From positions 15,562,001 to 15,626,000 of the forward strand of contig NC_043015.1 of assembly GCF_006345805.1 (NCBI RefSeq): a stretch of DNA of 64,000 nt, in the 5' to 3' direction. The position numbers were made by a program, and so were the translations under genes. The notes beneath the pieces were generated by a model, which saw nothing but the letters and a program-made list of their open reading frames with translations, was not told the DNA's origin and did no database searches. The stretch's first letter is position 1; every line of letters begins with the position of its first letter. The DNA comes from Octopus sinensis. Lineage: Eukaryota. Below, piece after piece: positions 36,461 through 48,563 of the stretch.

Positions 36461-38750
36461 CACCAAACAAGCAGGAGGAACCAAAAGTAATAAAAATTAT
36501 TAATCTAACTCACAAGGAACTAACAGCAAACCAAATAAACATACTTTCCAAAGGAGTCAAGTTTACACCCACCCCACAACACCCCAACTACAATGAAATG
36601 AAAGAAGACATCGCAGAATTCTGCAGAAAATTAAGACTTACTGAGGAGCTATACGATAAATACAACGAGGACGAATCGTTAGCCAGAAATAGGAGTAACT
36701 ACACCCCCTCGAAAGGTAAGAATAAAACACTTGATGATTTCTGTGACCACATATCAAATTACCCATATCAACATATGCACAAACAAAAACACAAACCAAA
36801 CTTCAGCAAAAAAGAATGGGCTGAGTTGAACAAATTAAAACTAGATAAAACAATAACAATCAAAGAGGCCGATAAAGGGAGTGCTGTTGTCTTAATGGAT
36901 ACGACATTTTACATAACTTTGGTACTTTCTATGCTGGAAGACACAACATACTATGAAAAGGCACAAAACTACAGTCAACAAAAAATAATGAGGGAACTAA
37001 AATCCATATTAACCCATACAAAGCAGGGCTAACCGACAAAGAATATGATTATATGACCAATTTCACAAGTAAAACTAGCCAATTCTACGGTATACCTAAG
37101 ATCCACAAAAGTGAAAAAATAAGCAACGCATGCAAGATAGCTACAGACAAAATAATTAAAGTCCCTAATCCTAATGACCTCAAATTGAGACCCATAATAG
37201 CAGGTCCCGCATGCGAAACCCACCGCCTCAGTAACTTTTTAGACACCCTGTTAAAACCACTCCTCAAACATGTCAAAAGCTATATAAGGGACGACTTAGA
37301 TATGCTCAATCACCTACCGAATACTATAAACAAAAACACCATACTGGTATCCTTCGATGTAGTCAACCTCTACTCCAATATCCCCCACAACCTAGGACTA
37401 GAGGCAATCCAATTCTGGCTAGAGAATCACGCCAACGAACTACCACACCGCATCAAAAAAGAATTTGTGATAGAAGGGGTTAAATTCATCCTGGAAAATA
37501 ACTTCTTCGCCTTCAATGACAACTTCTACCGACAAAAATCGGGGACTGCGATGGGTACACGAATGGCCCCCTCCTTTGCCAACCTAGTCATAGGATACCT
37601 AGAGATCAGTCTGTATCGTAAGGTTCTAGAAAGATATGGCAGCCCTTTCTCCATCTACATAGAAAACAACTGGAAGAGATATCTAGATGACTGTTTCATC
37701 CTTTGGCATAAAAATATAGAAAAACTCATAGAATTCCAGAAAATTTTAAACGGACTGGACGTAAACATCCAATTCACGATGGAATATAGCCAACAACAAC
37801 TCCCCTTCCTCGATATCCTCATTAAGAAAGCTAATAATATAATAGAAACAGACATATACTATAAGCCTACAGACTCTAAGCAATATCTTCCATTCAATTC
37901 ATGCCACCCCAGACACACCAGGATGAATATCCCCTTCAATCTAGCAAAAAGGATATGCACTATAGTCTCTAACGCAAACACCAGAGACACACGACTACAA
38001 GAACTAAAAGATACCCTAATCACCAGGAACTATCCACCTTCACTTATTGACAAATGCATTCAACGTGCCCTTCAACTTAACATCAAGGAACTGAGACATC
38101 CCAAATCAAAGAAAAACTTACAACCAAAAGCCTTACCATACATCTCCACACACAACCCTCTCAATAACGAAGCCTTCGACACCATCCTCCACAACATACC
38201 CCTCCTAAAAAAAGACCACAGAATGAACACAATCCTCCAAACACACACGATCATAAAAAGCAAAAGACAGCCTAGATCCATGAAAAGTCTCCTTACACAA
38301 GCCCGAATTCACTCTTCAACACAGAAGCCGACAGTAAAAAAATGTGGAAGACCCAATTGCGGGATATGCGACTATCTAATCGAGGGTTCTGAGTTCTCCT
38401 TCAAACAGGGACAACGTTTTACAGTGAAAAGCAACTTCACATGTGCTTCGGAGAACCTAATATACTCACTAACCTGCTCCGGGTGTCAAGAGCAGTACAT
38501 AGGCCAAACAAAAAATGGTTTGCGTAAACGAATGGCCCTGCACAGATCCCAGATAAAAATTCCCCAAAACAGAAAAATAGCTTTTAGCCAACACATAGAT
38601 ACTTGCGCCAACAAAAAAACACCAAACTTCAGAATTTTCCCCCTCTACCAATTTAGGGACGATACAACCTCGAGACAACGAATAAGTAAAGAAAATCTCT
38701 TTATTACAAAATACAAGCCACTTCTTAACGGGTCTACGACAAACAATTAA
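36421..38750 (+). CDS. PLE reverse transcriptase / GIY-YIG endonuclease; one missing A near 37010
   Basis: IINLT..LSKGVKFTPTP, ADKGSAVV, FYGIPKIHK, LRPII, FDVVNLYSNI, GTAMGT, RYLDD, CGRPNCGIC, LIYSLTCSGCQEQYIGQT. Confidence 0.93.
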
Positions 38751-38829
38751 TATACCTCAACTTTAGAATAAAAGAAAAAAATATATATACACACACAAAT
38801 ACTACACTCCATAGAATCCATTACTAATC

Positions 38830-39156
38830 AGCCCCTTCATAGCTATATTTACACCCATTCATATTCTCCCTTCTCTGTTTTTTCTTCTTCTTCTTCTTCC
38901 TCTTCTTCTTCATCATCATCGTTATCATCATCATCGTTATCATCATCATCGGCATCATCATCATCGCCACCATCATCACCACCATCTTCTCCTTCTCCTC
39001 CTTCTTCTTCTTCTTCTTCTTCTTCTTCTTCATCATCATCGTTATCATCATCATCGTCGTCATAATCATCACCACCATCACCATCATCGTCATCTTCTCC
39101 TTCTCCTTCTCCTTCTTCTTCTTCTTCTTCTTCTTCTTCTTCTTCTTCTTCTTCTT
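38830..39156. repeat. compound (CTT)n/(CAT)n microsatellite in the PLE 3' UTR
   Basis: Directly visible; only the (CTT)n part is retained in the upstream copy (34621-34714). Confidence 0.95.
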
Positions 39157-39508
39157 CTCCACCCCCTACCCCTTAAGTTTGTTACTAATGTTTTTTAGTA
39201 TAACACCTACGCTAATTCTATAAACAAGCCTGTCAATATAAATATTCTCCTGAATTGAACTGAGACTGCCAGCCGCCACTGACCATTCAAAATACGACCA
39301 TCAGGGCACTCCCAGATTCTCCCACCCCCCTTTCCTCACCAGCCTTCCCTCTACTACCCTACCAAGAACTCACAACTACCTCGAACACACAAGTGCAAAC
39401 AAGGGAGTCAGAGAAAGGCAGAATGCCACTTAAATCTGAACACTACTATAGAAATATTCTTTTAAAAAAACTTTTCTTCTAATTTTTCTAAATTTAATTA
39501 TTTAATCG

Positions 39509-39552
39509 TTACAGTTGAAAAGGTCTCAAAATGACCGAAACCGGTACTGAAA
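39509..39552 (+). ncRNA. minimal hammerhead ribozyme motif (U3:A8) in the downstream pLTR
   Basis: Identical to 35065-35108. Confidence 0.75.
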
Positions 39553-39602
39553 TGTTCACTATAAAATTATCTTAGCATTTTCTATTTTTTACTTGTTTTT
39601 TC

Positions 39603-39646
<44 letters not shown>

Positions 39647-39962
39647 CTGTGTGTGTGTGTGTGTTTGTGTGCCTGTGTTTGTCCCCCCACCTGGTTCGGC
39701 AAAAGAGACCGATAGAATAAGGCTTACAAAGAATAAGTCCTGGGGTCGATTTCTTCGACTAAAGACGGTGCTCCAGCATGGCCGCAGTCAAATGACTGAA
39801 ACAAATAAAAGAATAAAACAATAAAAGAATACAAGTTCTGCTACTGTTCTTCGGTCTATTGTAAAAGCACGTATATGTATAATTCTTTTAGTGATATATT
39901 TAGCATAGTTTAGGTATGAGTATATAGAAGGGATGTGCCTAAATACACGTGGGATGAGCAAC

Positions 39963-39996
<34 letters not shown>

Positions 39997-40135
39997 CAGA
40001 TAGAGAACGGTGAAGGAGGGAGGGGAGAAAAAGGGAATTAGAGAAGTATGGAGGAAGAAAACAGTAGTGAGTAGAGAGTGGCATAAAAACAGTGAAGATA
40101 ACTTACTTGGAAATAGTTGCATCGCGTTCAATTAG

Positions 40136-40202
<67 letters not shown>

Positions 40203-40276
40203 CAATAATAATAATAATAACCATATATACATATGCATACATACATACATACATACATACTACATACATACATACA

Positions 40277-40309
<33 letters not shown>

Positions 40310-40319
40310 GGTTACAGCC

Positions 40320-41520
40320 ATAAAGAAAGGATCAGAGTATACAAAGGAGCTATGAAAAAATTTGATGATATATTATGTAATGATAGGAATGGGATTTGCC
40401 CACTCTATAGGAACAAGTCATGGAACACTATAGAAAGGACAAAAAAGAAAATAGAGAAGGCCAACTTTTGGTATGATAGCCATAAATACCAGAGTGTCAT
40501 GTTCGTTGACACCACCCCTGGAGGTGAACTGGCGTACCGCTTTAGAAGGACCCTTAAGCTAAGGATTAAGGTTGTTGAAAAACCAGGCAACCCTATCAAA
40601 TCTATAATTGGTAGAACCTATCCTTTTAGTAGAACCTCCTGTACGGATAAGTACTGTACTGTATGTAGATTTAGCCCACAAACAAACCGTAAAACTAGAA
40701 ATGTAGTCTATAGTATAAGATGTATAGAGGGACGATGCAGTAACAAGACAACGACATACGTAGGGGAAACGGCAAGAAGCATAGGAGAGCGGGTAAATGT
40801 ACATTGGAGACAACTCATGGAAGGTAAAAGCTCATCGATTCTGTACCAACACGCCGAACAGGAACACGGGGGATCTATCAACAACATAGAAATTAAAATA
40901 TTGTCCACATATAGAACAGATGCAACAATCAGACAAATTACAGAAGCTACACACATAATAGAAAATAAACCTAGCCTGAATAGAAAACTAGAATGGAACA
41001 CAAGCACACACCACAACATATGACGGTAGAGGATCCCGAAAACATAATAAATACACAGACAAATAAACAAATAGAAATAAATAACTATATATATTTTTAT
41101 ATATACTTTTTTTTCAATTTATTATTATTATTACTAGTATTGTTGTTATACATACATACATACATACATACAAGCATATGTAATGATAATAATAAGTGGA
41201 TGTAAACACATGAACAAAATAAGATTAAACAAAAACAACAACAACAAAAACAAATTACATGAACGTATATAAACAGAAGATACAAATATTACAGGCATCC
41301 CCCCCACACACACACTAAATAAACATAGACGCACGTAGAGATATAAGCATGCGCAAATGAAGACATACAATAGAGATACAAAATGGCTGACGGTTAGTAA
41401 GGAGAGACACAAATAAGAAAGAAGAAAACAAAGGACCACTGATGCTGTCACAGGAGTGTCACGAAAGAACTCTGGCCGAAATAAGATTAAGATTAATGTA
41501 AAAAATAAATAACACTGAAG
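40320..41520 (+). mobile_element. Penelope-like element 3, 3' fragment with GIY-YIG
   Basis: VMFVDTTPGGELA, CTVCRF, VVYSIRC...TYVGETARSIGERVNVH, and RQITEATHI..KPSLN. Confidence 0.88.
41433..41477 (+). ncRNA. decayed hammerhead-like motif in the PLE3 3' UTR
   Basis: GGACCA CTGATG c TGTCAC-agga-GTGTCA c GAAA GAAC TC TGGCC; A9 is lost and stem II has one mismatch. Confidence 0.5.
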
Positions 41521-41610
41521 CAAAGTAACACCAAATATATAGTGCGTGTGTTTTTATTGGCTAAACTGGCAAAATGACCATTCCGAAATATAACAATATA
41601 TATATATATA

Positions 41611-41981
41611 TACTTTATAATTAGGGTTCAGCAGCGATTTGCTTCACCACATACCGAAGTTTAGAAATAGCAATCAAAAAATCTTAGCTATTCCTTCTAC
41701 TTTAAAAGGGTCTCCCGGAAAACCAAAGTACTTGAAAACAATCCACTTGAAAACAATTGTTTTCAAGTACTTTGGTTTTTCTGAGAGCCCCTTTTAAAGT
41801 AGAAGGAATAGCTAAGATTTTTTGACTGCTATTTCTAAACTTCGGTATGTGGTGAACCAAATCGCTGTCGAACCCTAATTATAAAGTATTACTTAAGCTT
41901 ACCATGAAATGGTCTTTTTCATGCCGAATTCTACTTGGTGAAATTACTGATTACTTCTTGATTAATTAATTTTACCCTTTG

Positions 41982-42017
<36 letters not shown>

Positions 42018-42380
42018 CATTATATAAAAGGGCTTAGTAAAATAAATTACTTTGCCGCATACTGAACTCATTAGAAATAGCAGCCAAAAAACTTTTTTAA
42101 AGCTATTTCTAATACTTAAAGAAAATCTCTCTCATATATAGTGTTGCTTTGAATTAAGCAAACACTATATATGAGAGAGATTTTCTTTAAGTATTAGAAA
42201 TAGCTTTAAAAAAGTTTTTTGGCTGCTATTTCTAATGAGTTCAGTATGCGGCAAAGTAATTTATTTTACTAAGCCCTTTTATATAATGTAATAATTTGAA
42301 TTCGCCTTGAATGGTCCCTTTGCATACTGAACACTTGGTGAAATTGAGTAATAATTAATTAATTTTGCCCTCAATTGTTG

Positions 42381-42419
<39 letters not shown>

Positions 42420-42811
42420 CATTATATAAAAGGGCTTAGTAAAATAAATTACTTTGCCGCATACTGAACTCATTAGAAATAGCAGCCAAAAAACTTTTTT
42501 AAAGCTATTTCTAATACTTAAAGAAAATCTCTCTCATATATAGTGTTGCTTTGAATTAAGCAAACACTATATATGAGAGAGATTTTCTTTAAGTATTAGA
42601 AATAGCTTTAAAAAAGTTTTTTGGCTGCTATTTCTAATGAGTTCAGTATGCGGCAAAGTAATTTATTTTACTAAGCCCTTTTATATAATGTAATAATTTG
42701 AATTCGCCTTGAATGGTCCCTTTGCATACTGAACACTTGGTGAAATTGATTAATAATTAATTAATTTTGCCCTCAATTGTTGAAATTATATATATATATA
42801 TATATATATAT
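41611..42811. repeat. three tandem ~400-bp units, each a ~280-bp palindrome + ~95-bp tail + (TA)n
   Basis: Palindromes at 41611-41888, 42013-42293 and 42415-42695. Units 2 and 3 are almost identical; unit 1 is a diverged homologue. Confidence 0.93.
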
Positions 42812-43139
42812 GGCTACAGGACGTCACCAATGGTGCAAATAACATGAAATACTTAAACAAACGAGGCGAAAACGAGTGAAATACGCAAACATTGAGAAAA
42901 GATGGAAAACAGGACAAGTTAACACAGAGAAGGGACCCTTCATCAGTTCTCAACTACTTCTCATTTCGAGCATTCAACAACAATATGAGTCTTCAAAGAC
43001 AGTTGCTCTCATAAATTCTGCATGTATGTATGTATGTATGTATGTATGTATGTATGTATGTATGTATGTATGTATGTATGTATGTATGTATTTATGTATG
43101 TATATTCTACTCTTTTTCTTTTAAATTTTAAGAGTAAAT

Positions 43140-44640
43140 TGCTGCCGGCCACCTACTTGGTGTGAAGGAAACTATCTTGTTTTAATCATCATCCTTTAAA
43201 TCTGAAGAAAGTCCTGCAGATTTTTATAGTTCCAGATATTCTAATCATTTGTAGAACATAAATTAAAGATTTGCATTATCTCATCAGGATATCAAGTTCA
43301 ACCATACTTTGCTCCCGACGGGTTGGTATTGTATCTTGTTGCTTCATTAGGCTGAAACCTGAAAGTGTATCTTGGGTACTTGATTTGGAAACTCCTCACC
43401 AATGGTCCATAGAGGTTCTTTTTCTCTTGTATGTTTTGTAACCACTTTCGTGCTCAGAGGGCAGCTGATTTCCACAACAGAACATACCTTTTCTATACAA
43501 TGGTTGTGTTTTAACTTGGTGGCTGTTTTAATTTTTCAGTCCCACCAATATTCTTTTGACCCATCGGTCTCAATATGATCAACTTCGTTTGTAGAGATTC
43601 TTTTTTGTTCTCCTGCTTCAGACCGTTATGTCCATCGCATTATATGTCATAGGAAGATAATGTCTGAAAGACATTCTCTCACAGTTGGCAATTATGTGGT
43701 TACTGTCTTCAGTCTCGGTCTTGCACAGCCTACAGTTGTTGTCTGTCGGCGTTTTCTGCCTTTTATGTTGCAGGTACTTGGTGTTAAGGCGCATGGCTGA
43801 GGGGTTAGAGCGTCGAGCTTACGATCGCGAGGTTGTGAGTTCGATACTCGGGCCGGTCTGCGTGTTGTGTTCTTAAGCAAGACAATTTATTTCACGTTGC
43901 TCCAGTTCACTCAGCTGTAGAAATGAGTTGCGACGTCACTGGTGCCATGCTGTATCGGCCGTTGCCTCTCCTTTGGATAACATCAGTGGTGTGGAGAGGG
44001 GAGGCTGGCTGGCCTCCCTGAAACAAACTTGCTCGGACTTGTGCCTCGGAGGGTAACTTTCTAGGTGCAATCCCATGATCATTCATGACCGAAGGGGGTC
44101 TCCTCACTTGGTGGGATCTCTTGTTCGTGGATTGCGTTGATGTAGGCTTCAAAATGAGATGTCATAAACTCATCGGTACCCCATGCCAAGCTTTTGACAT
44201 GATCATTCCCTTCTATGGCTTGTCGTTTACGTGTAAAGTACCCATGTACTATCTTCTCAGTGAACTCGTGGATTTTTTAATTCTGTTGTTCTGGTAGATG
44301 GAATAAATCAATTCTCCCTGGGGAGAGATCTGTATCAATTCTTATTTCAAACCTCTCTTCAAGTTCATTAGCTATCCTAATTACGCTGTTGGTTTCATGG
44401 TCACAAACTTAGGTAAGATAGTTTCTGGTGTCTTTCCTCTGCTGCTGATGTTCTTTCAGTGTTCTGTGTTTCATATGACATCAATACAGATTTGGGTCCA
44501 CAGCCACCTTTTTTACTTGGGACGTGAAGCGTGTCTACATCTTGTAACTCCAAGCAGCTTGCGAGTTCGAACATCTGTCACATTGAGTTCATGTCGTGAC
44601 CAGTTGAGAAGGCCAAACGTAAGCGTGAGGACAGGCAGTA
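43140..44640 (-). mobile_element. R4/Dong-like RLE-type non-LTR retrotransposon, 3' part, split by a SINE
   Basis: VLPVLTLTFGLLNWSRHEL..TRKLL, SHFEAYINAIHEQEI, CRLCKTETEDSNHIIANC (CCHC) and VVEISCPL (restriction-like endonuclease). Confidence 0.82.
43788..44102 (+). mobile_element. tRNA-derived SINE (family D here)
   Basis: A-box/B-box head (GGCGCATGGCTGAGGGGTTAG...GAGTTCGATAC) and core GCTCCAGTTCACTCAGCTG; an inverted copy lies at 56735-56932. Confidence 0.8.
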
Positions 44641-44705
44641 CAAATGTGTATGTATGTATGTATGTATGTATGTATGTATGTATGTATGTATGTATGTATG
44701 TATGT

Positions 44706-45130
44706 ACAATGAAGTTCTTTTACTCCAAACACAGATGTCTTTGCATCTGCAGGCATTATCTCAATTAAAGCAATGATTTTAAAAAACCAAATGAGATGGT
44801 GTGGCCATATTATTCGAATGGCGTATGAACGCACACCTAAACAGCTGTTTTATGGTGAGCTTGCAGAGAGGAAACGCTATCGGTGTAAACCTAAAAAAGG
44901 TTTAAGGACGGCATAAGGATTAACATGAAGTCACTTGGAATGGATCCAGAGGACATAGAAACCCCTGCTTCGAATCGAGCTGGATGGCTAGCAAAAGTGT
45001 GGAATGGAGTGTAAGCGTTTGAAGAGGCCAGGATAACGCATGCACGACTCTAGAGAGATTTAAAGAAGAAGAATGTTACGATCAAGACGGTGATCAGTTT
45101 GTGACAGACCATGCCTTTCCTTTGCTGGGC
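44706..45130 (+). mobile_element. RTE/BovB-like LINE 3' fragment
   Basis: RWCGHIIRMAYERTPKQLFYGEL...KP.KRFKDG..NMKSLG. Confidence 0.82.
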
Positions 45131-46288
45131 TCAAATCTCATTTGCGAACCTATGGAAAACGAATTTCCACCAACTATTCTGCTTATATGTCTGTGCACAC
45201 CTTTCAATACAATGTATGAAAATCTAACAGAGGCCTCAAAAGACATTTTAAGATCCACGAAGATCAGAACCTAACTGCAGCCTTTGGTGGTCCAAATTGG
45301 ATATGCACTCTATGTGGGTGTCTTTTCAGAACATTGTCTGGTATAAAAAGCCACATCAGATGCCATGATGGTGCTAAGGTGTAAGCACAAGAGATGGTCA
45401 AACTCTGCATAAGGAGTAAACAACCAACATGTATGTATGTATGTATGTATGTATGTATGTATGTATGTATGAATGTATGTATGTATGTATGTATGTATGT
45501 GTGTGTGTATGTATGTATGTATGTATGTATGTATGTGTGTATGTGTGTATGTATGTATGTATGTATGTATGTATGTATGTATGTGTGTGTGTATGTATGT
45601 ATGTATGTATGTATGTATGTATGTATGTATGTATGTATGTGTGGAGTGCACGCGCGCGCGCGCGTGTATATACCCACACAAATATATGTTTATTCAAATG
45701 AGAAACGCATAATTATTCTAACTCATAATGTTATTCTTTCTTCCCTTTCTCTAAATTACTTTCTTTTATGACTTTCTGCTATCATCCTACCCAGTATCTT
45801 ATCACTTCCATCATTCAAAGAGACCTACACGAAACATGTCATCATAAATGTCCTCTGATTTTAGAATTCATCTCTCCCTATACATCTGGAGAGATAACTA
45901 TTATACGGCAGAATCGTTTATTAACACAAATAATGCCTCAATAGTTAAACGTCAGCAATTTCAAGCGTTGAGTGAAATCCCAAAATACGACGTAAAATAT
46001 TTCGTGTAAGGGAAGCAATATTATCGAAGGGAGATAATTATTGCAATGCTTACAGGATCTCCATGTTAAGTTAGAAATAGACTCAATCTATTTTTTAGAT
46101 GTACACAAACACATACATCTCTCTCCTTTTACCCCCACTTCTTTCTAATTTTCTTTCTTTCTGCCTCTCTCCCTCTCTCAAATATTTTTCTCTCTTTTTA
46201 TTAATGATAAAATGAATTTAGATATTTTAAATCTAGTAGAGAGTTCTTCAGCCAGCACCATTTTTGAATAACACACACACACACATAA

Positions 46289-46326
<38 letters not shown>

Positions 46327-46933
46327 ATATGCATGTGTTCTCTTCCATTTTAATTATTTGATGTCTTCCTCTAAGGAATGAGCTGTTTCCTAACAAAGGT
46401 ACAAAGCTCCGTCGCTGGAATGTAGACAACAGAAACAAATTCACATTTTGAACTTGAGAAAAGTTTTGCCTACTTTTTACTATTCTGCTTACTGATTGCA
46501 TTTGAAATGTGGTTGATTTCTTTTTGTGAGAACCCCAGCTTTTCCAGATCGTCACTTAGGGTATACAAGACCAAGAATGTTGGAATAAATGTAAAATTAT
46601 AATCTGTTTCAAAGGCGCTATCTATAGTTATCTTCTTTTCTCTTTCATTTTCTCAACGAGGCTGCGGAAGTCTCCAAAATATAATGTCTGATAGGACTTG
46701 GTGTTTAGCATGACAGTATGACAAGCAAAGCCTATCTTATCTTTTATTTGTTTCAGTCATTAGACTGCAGCCATACTGGGGCACTGCTTGAAGAATTTTT
46801 AGTCAAGTGCATCGACACCAGTACATATTTTTTAAAAGCCTGGTACTTATTCTATCAATCTTTTTTGCTAGATTACAGGCATGTAAAAGCGCCAGCACCG
46901 GTTGTTAAGTGGTGGGAAAAATGCAGACACAAA

Positions 46934-47012
<79 letters not shown>

Positions 47013-47618
47013 GACATGCTCCTTTTAGTTTATGTCACAAGGCTTTGGTTAGCCTGAGGTTATAGTAGAAGACACTTGCCCAAGGTGCCATGAAATGGGG
47101 CTGATCCTGGCTTCATTCGCACCGCTAATTGGTGGAATGTGTCCAGAAATTTTCCCTTTAGTCTGGTGACCATTCCATGGGTTGTTTAGAGCTCTCATAA
47201 AAACCCTAGGTTATAAAACCCCATCAAGGGGATTTGAAAACTTCTTCATATTCCAGGTTTTGGTTGTCTTTAAGTTCACTCCATTTCAATTATGACCATC
47301 CATCATTTCTTCCACCCTTGCTTAGCAGATTTATTGCTCTTCATAACTTCTGTATTAAAAAATTGTTTATATCACCAATAAAGACATAAATGGCAACAGA
47401 TTCCACAAATCGGAGAAGTTTGAATTTATGAACTAAAATGCAAAAAAAAAAAAAAAAATTCGTGTAAGGGAGACAACTTTCTTAAAGGAAATATTTCATG
47501 AAATATCCAAAATCGAATCTAATCCAATGGTTGTATTTAAAAAAGAAATAGAAATCCTGTTAGTGACAGCTCGTACCATTTTATTTTATATACGCATATC
47601 TATCTGTCTATCTATCTG

Positions 47619-47655
<37 letters not shown>

Positions 47656-47701
47656 TTGTCTATCACTAGCTTGTGATAACTATTTATCTATCTATCTATC
47701 T

Positions 47702-47736
<35 letters not shown>

Positions 47737-48069
47737 CTTGTTATTTTGAAATTTTACTGAACATTTGAAATTTAGCTACTTAAATTGCAGAACTAAAACA
47801 TCCAAATAACAAGCAACACGACTAAGGGAGGCTATTTTTAATACAAGGGAAGTAAGTTATAAATTATTGTTAGTCGAGAAAGGGAGGCAAGTTAGCGTAT
47901 CTGACAAAATGCATAGCAGCAATTTTTTTCTGGCCTAAGTTCACATTCCGCCAACTTTGGCTTTTCCTTTTGTGGTCGATAAAATAAATATCAGTTGAGC
48001 ACTGGGGTTGCTCAACTCTCCTTACCAAAAATTGCTGGCTTTTTTTCAAATACTGAAAAGATTATCATA

Positions 48070-48234
48070 AGCGCAGGAGTGGCTGTGTGGTAAGTAGCTT
48101 GCTTACCAACCACATGGTTTCGGGTTCAGTCCCACTGCGTGGCATCTTGGGCAAGTGTCTTCTGCTATAGTCCCGGGCCGACTAATGCCTTGTGAGTGGA
48201 TTTGGTAGACGGAAACTGAAAGAAGCCTGTCGTA

Positions 48235-48319
<85 letters not shown>

Positions 48320-48563
48320 TGTATGTGTGTGTGTGTATGTGTGTGTGTGTGTGTGTTTGTGTGTCTGTCCCCCTAGCATTGCTTGACAACCGATGCTGGT
48401 GTGTTTACCTCCCTGTCACTTAGCGGTTCGGCAAAAGAGACCGATAGAATAAGTACTGGGCTTACAAAGCACTGGGGTCGATTTGCTCGACTAAAGGCGG
48501 TGCTCCAGCATGGCCGCAGTCAAATGACTGAAACAAGTAAAACAGTAAAAGAGTAAAAGAGTA
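48070..48563 (+). mobile_element. family A SINE, full length
   Basis: tRNA-like head GCAGGAGTGGCTGTGTGGTAAG...GGGTTCAGTCCC, internal (TA)n(TG)n, and a GAGTAAAA-repeat tail. Confidence 0.92.

Larger units (their letters stand above)
34259..39609 (+). mobile_element. near-intact Penelope-like element 2 (Neptune-like) with an upstream partial tandem copy and direct pseudo-LTRs
   Basis: pLTRs at 34715-35166 and 39157-39609 are nearly identical. The upstream copy 34259-34620 matches 36860-37220 except for one extra A. Contains ORF1 and an RT-GIY-YIG ORF. Confidence 0.95.

Noticed and set aside
38824-39162. Poly-Lys/Met ORF on the minus strand (also 34430-34743)
   Set aside because: Translation of the (CTT)n/(CAT)n tract.
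41611-42695. Hammerhead core inside the palindromic units (CTAATGA, TTGAAAA)
   Set aside because: No correctly placed GAAA/UH with supporting stems.
42960-43005. Hammerhead-like TTGAAGA...GAAA on the minus strand; also CTGAAGC...GAAA near 54420
   Set aside because: Stems I and II do not close convincingly and there is no adjacent PLE ORF.
45264-45771. Many ORFs such as (YVCM)n, (THIH)n, (CV)n and (LS)n across the window
   Set aside because: They are stop-free translations of (TACA)n, (CA)n, (TA)n and (GA)n microsatellites, with no evidence of being genes.
48070-48150. tRNA genes at SINE heads
   Set aside because: They have A/B-box-like motifs but no complete cloverleaf, and they continue into SINE bodies.
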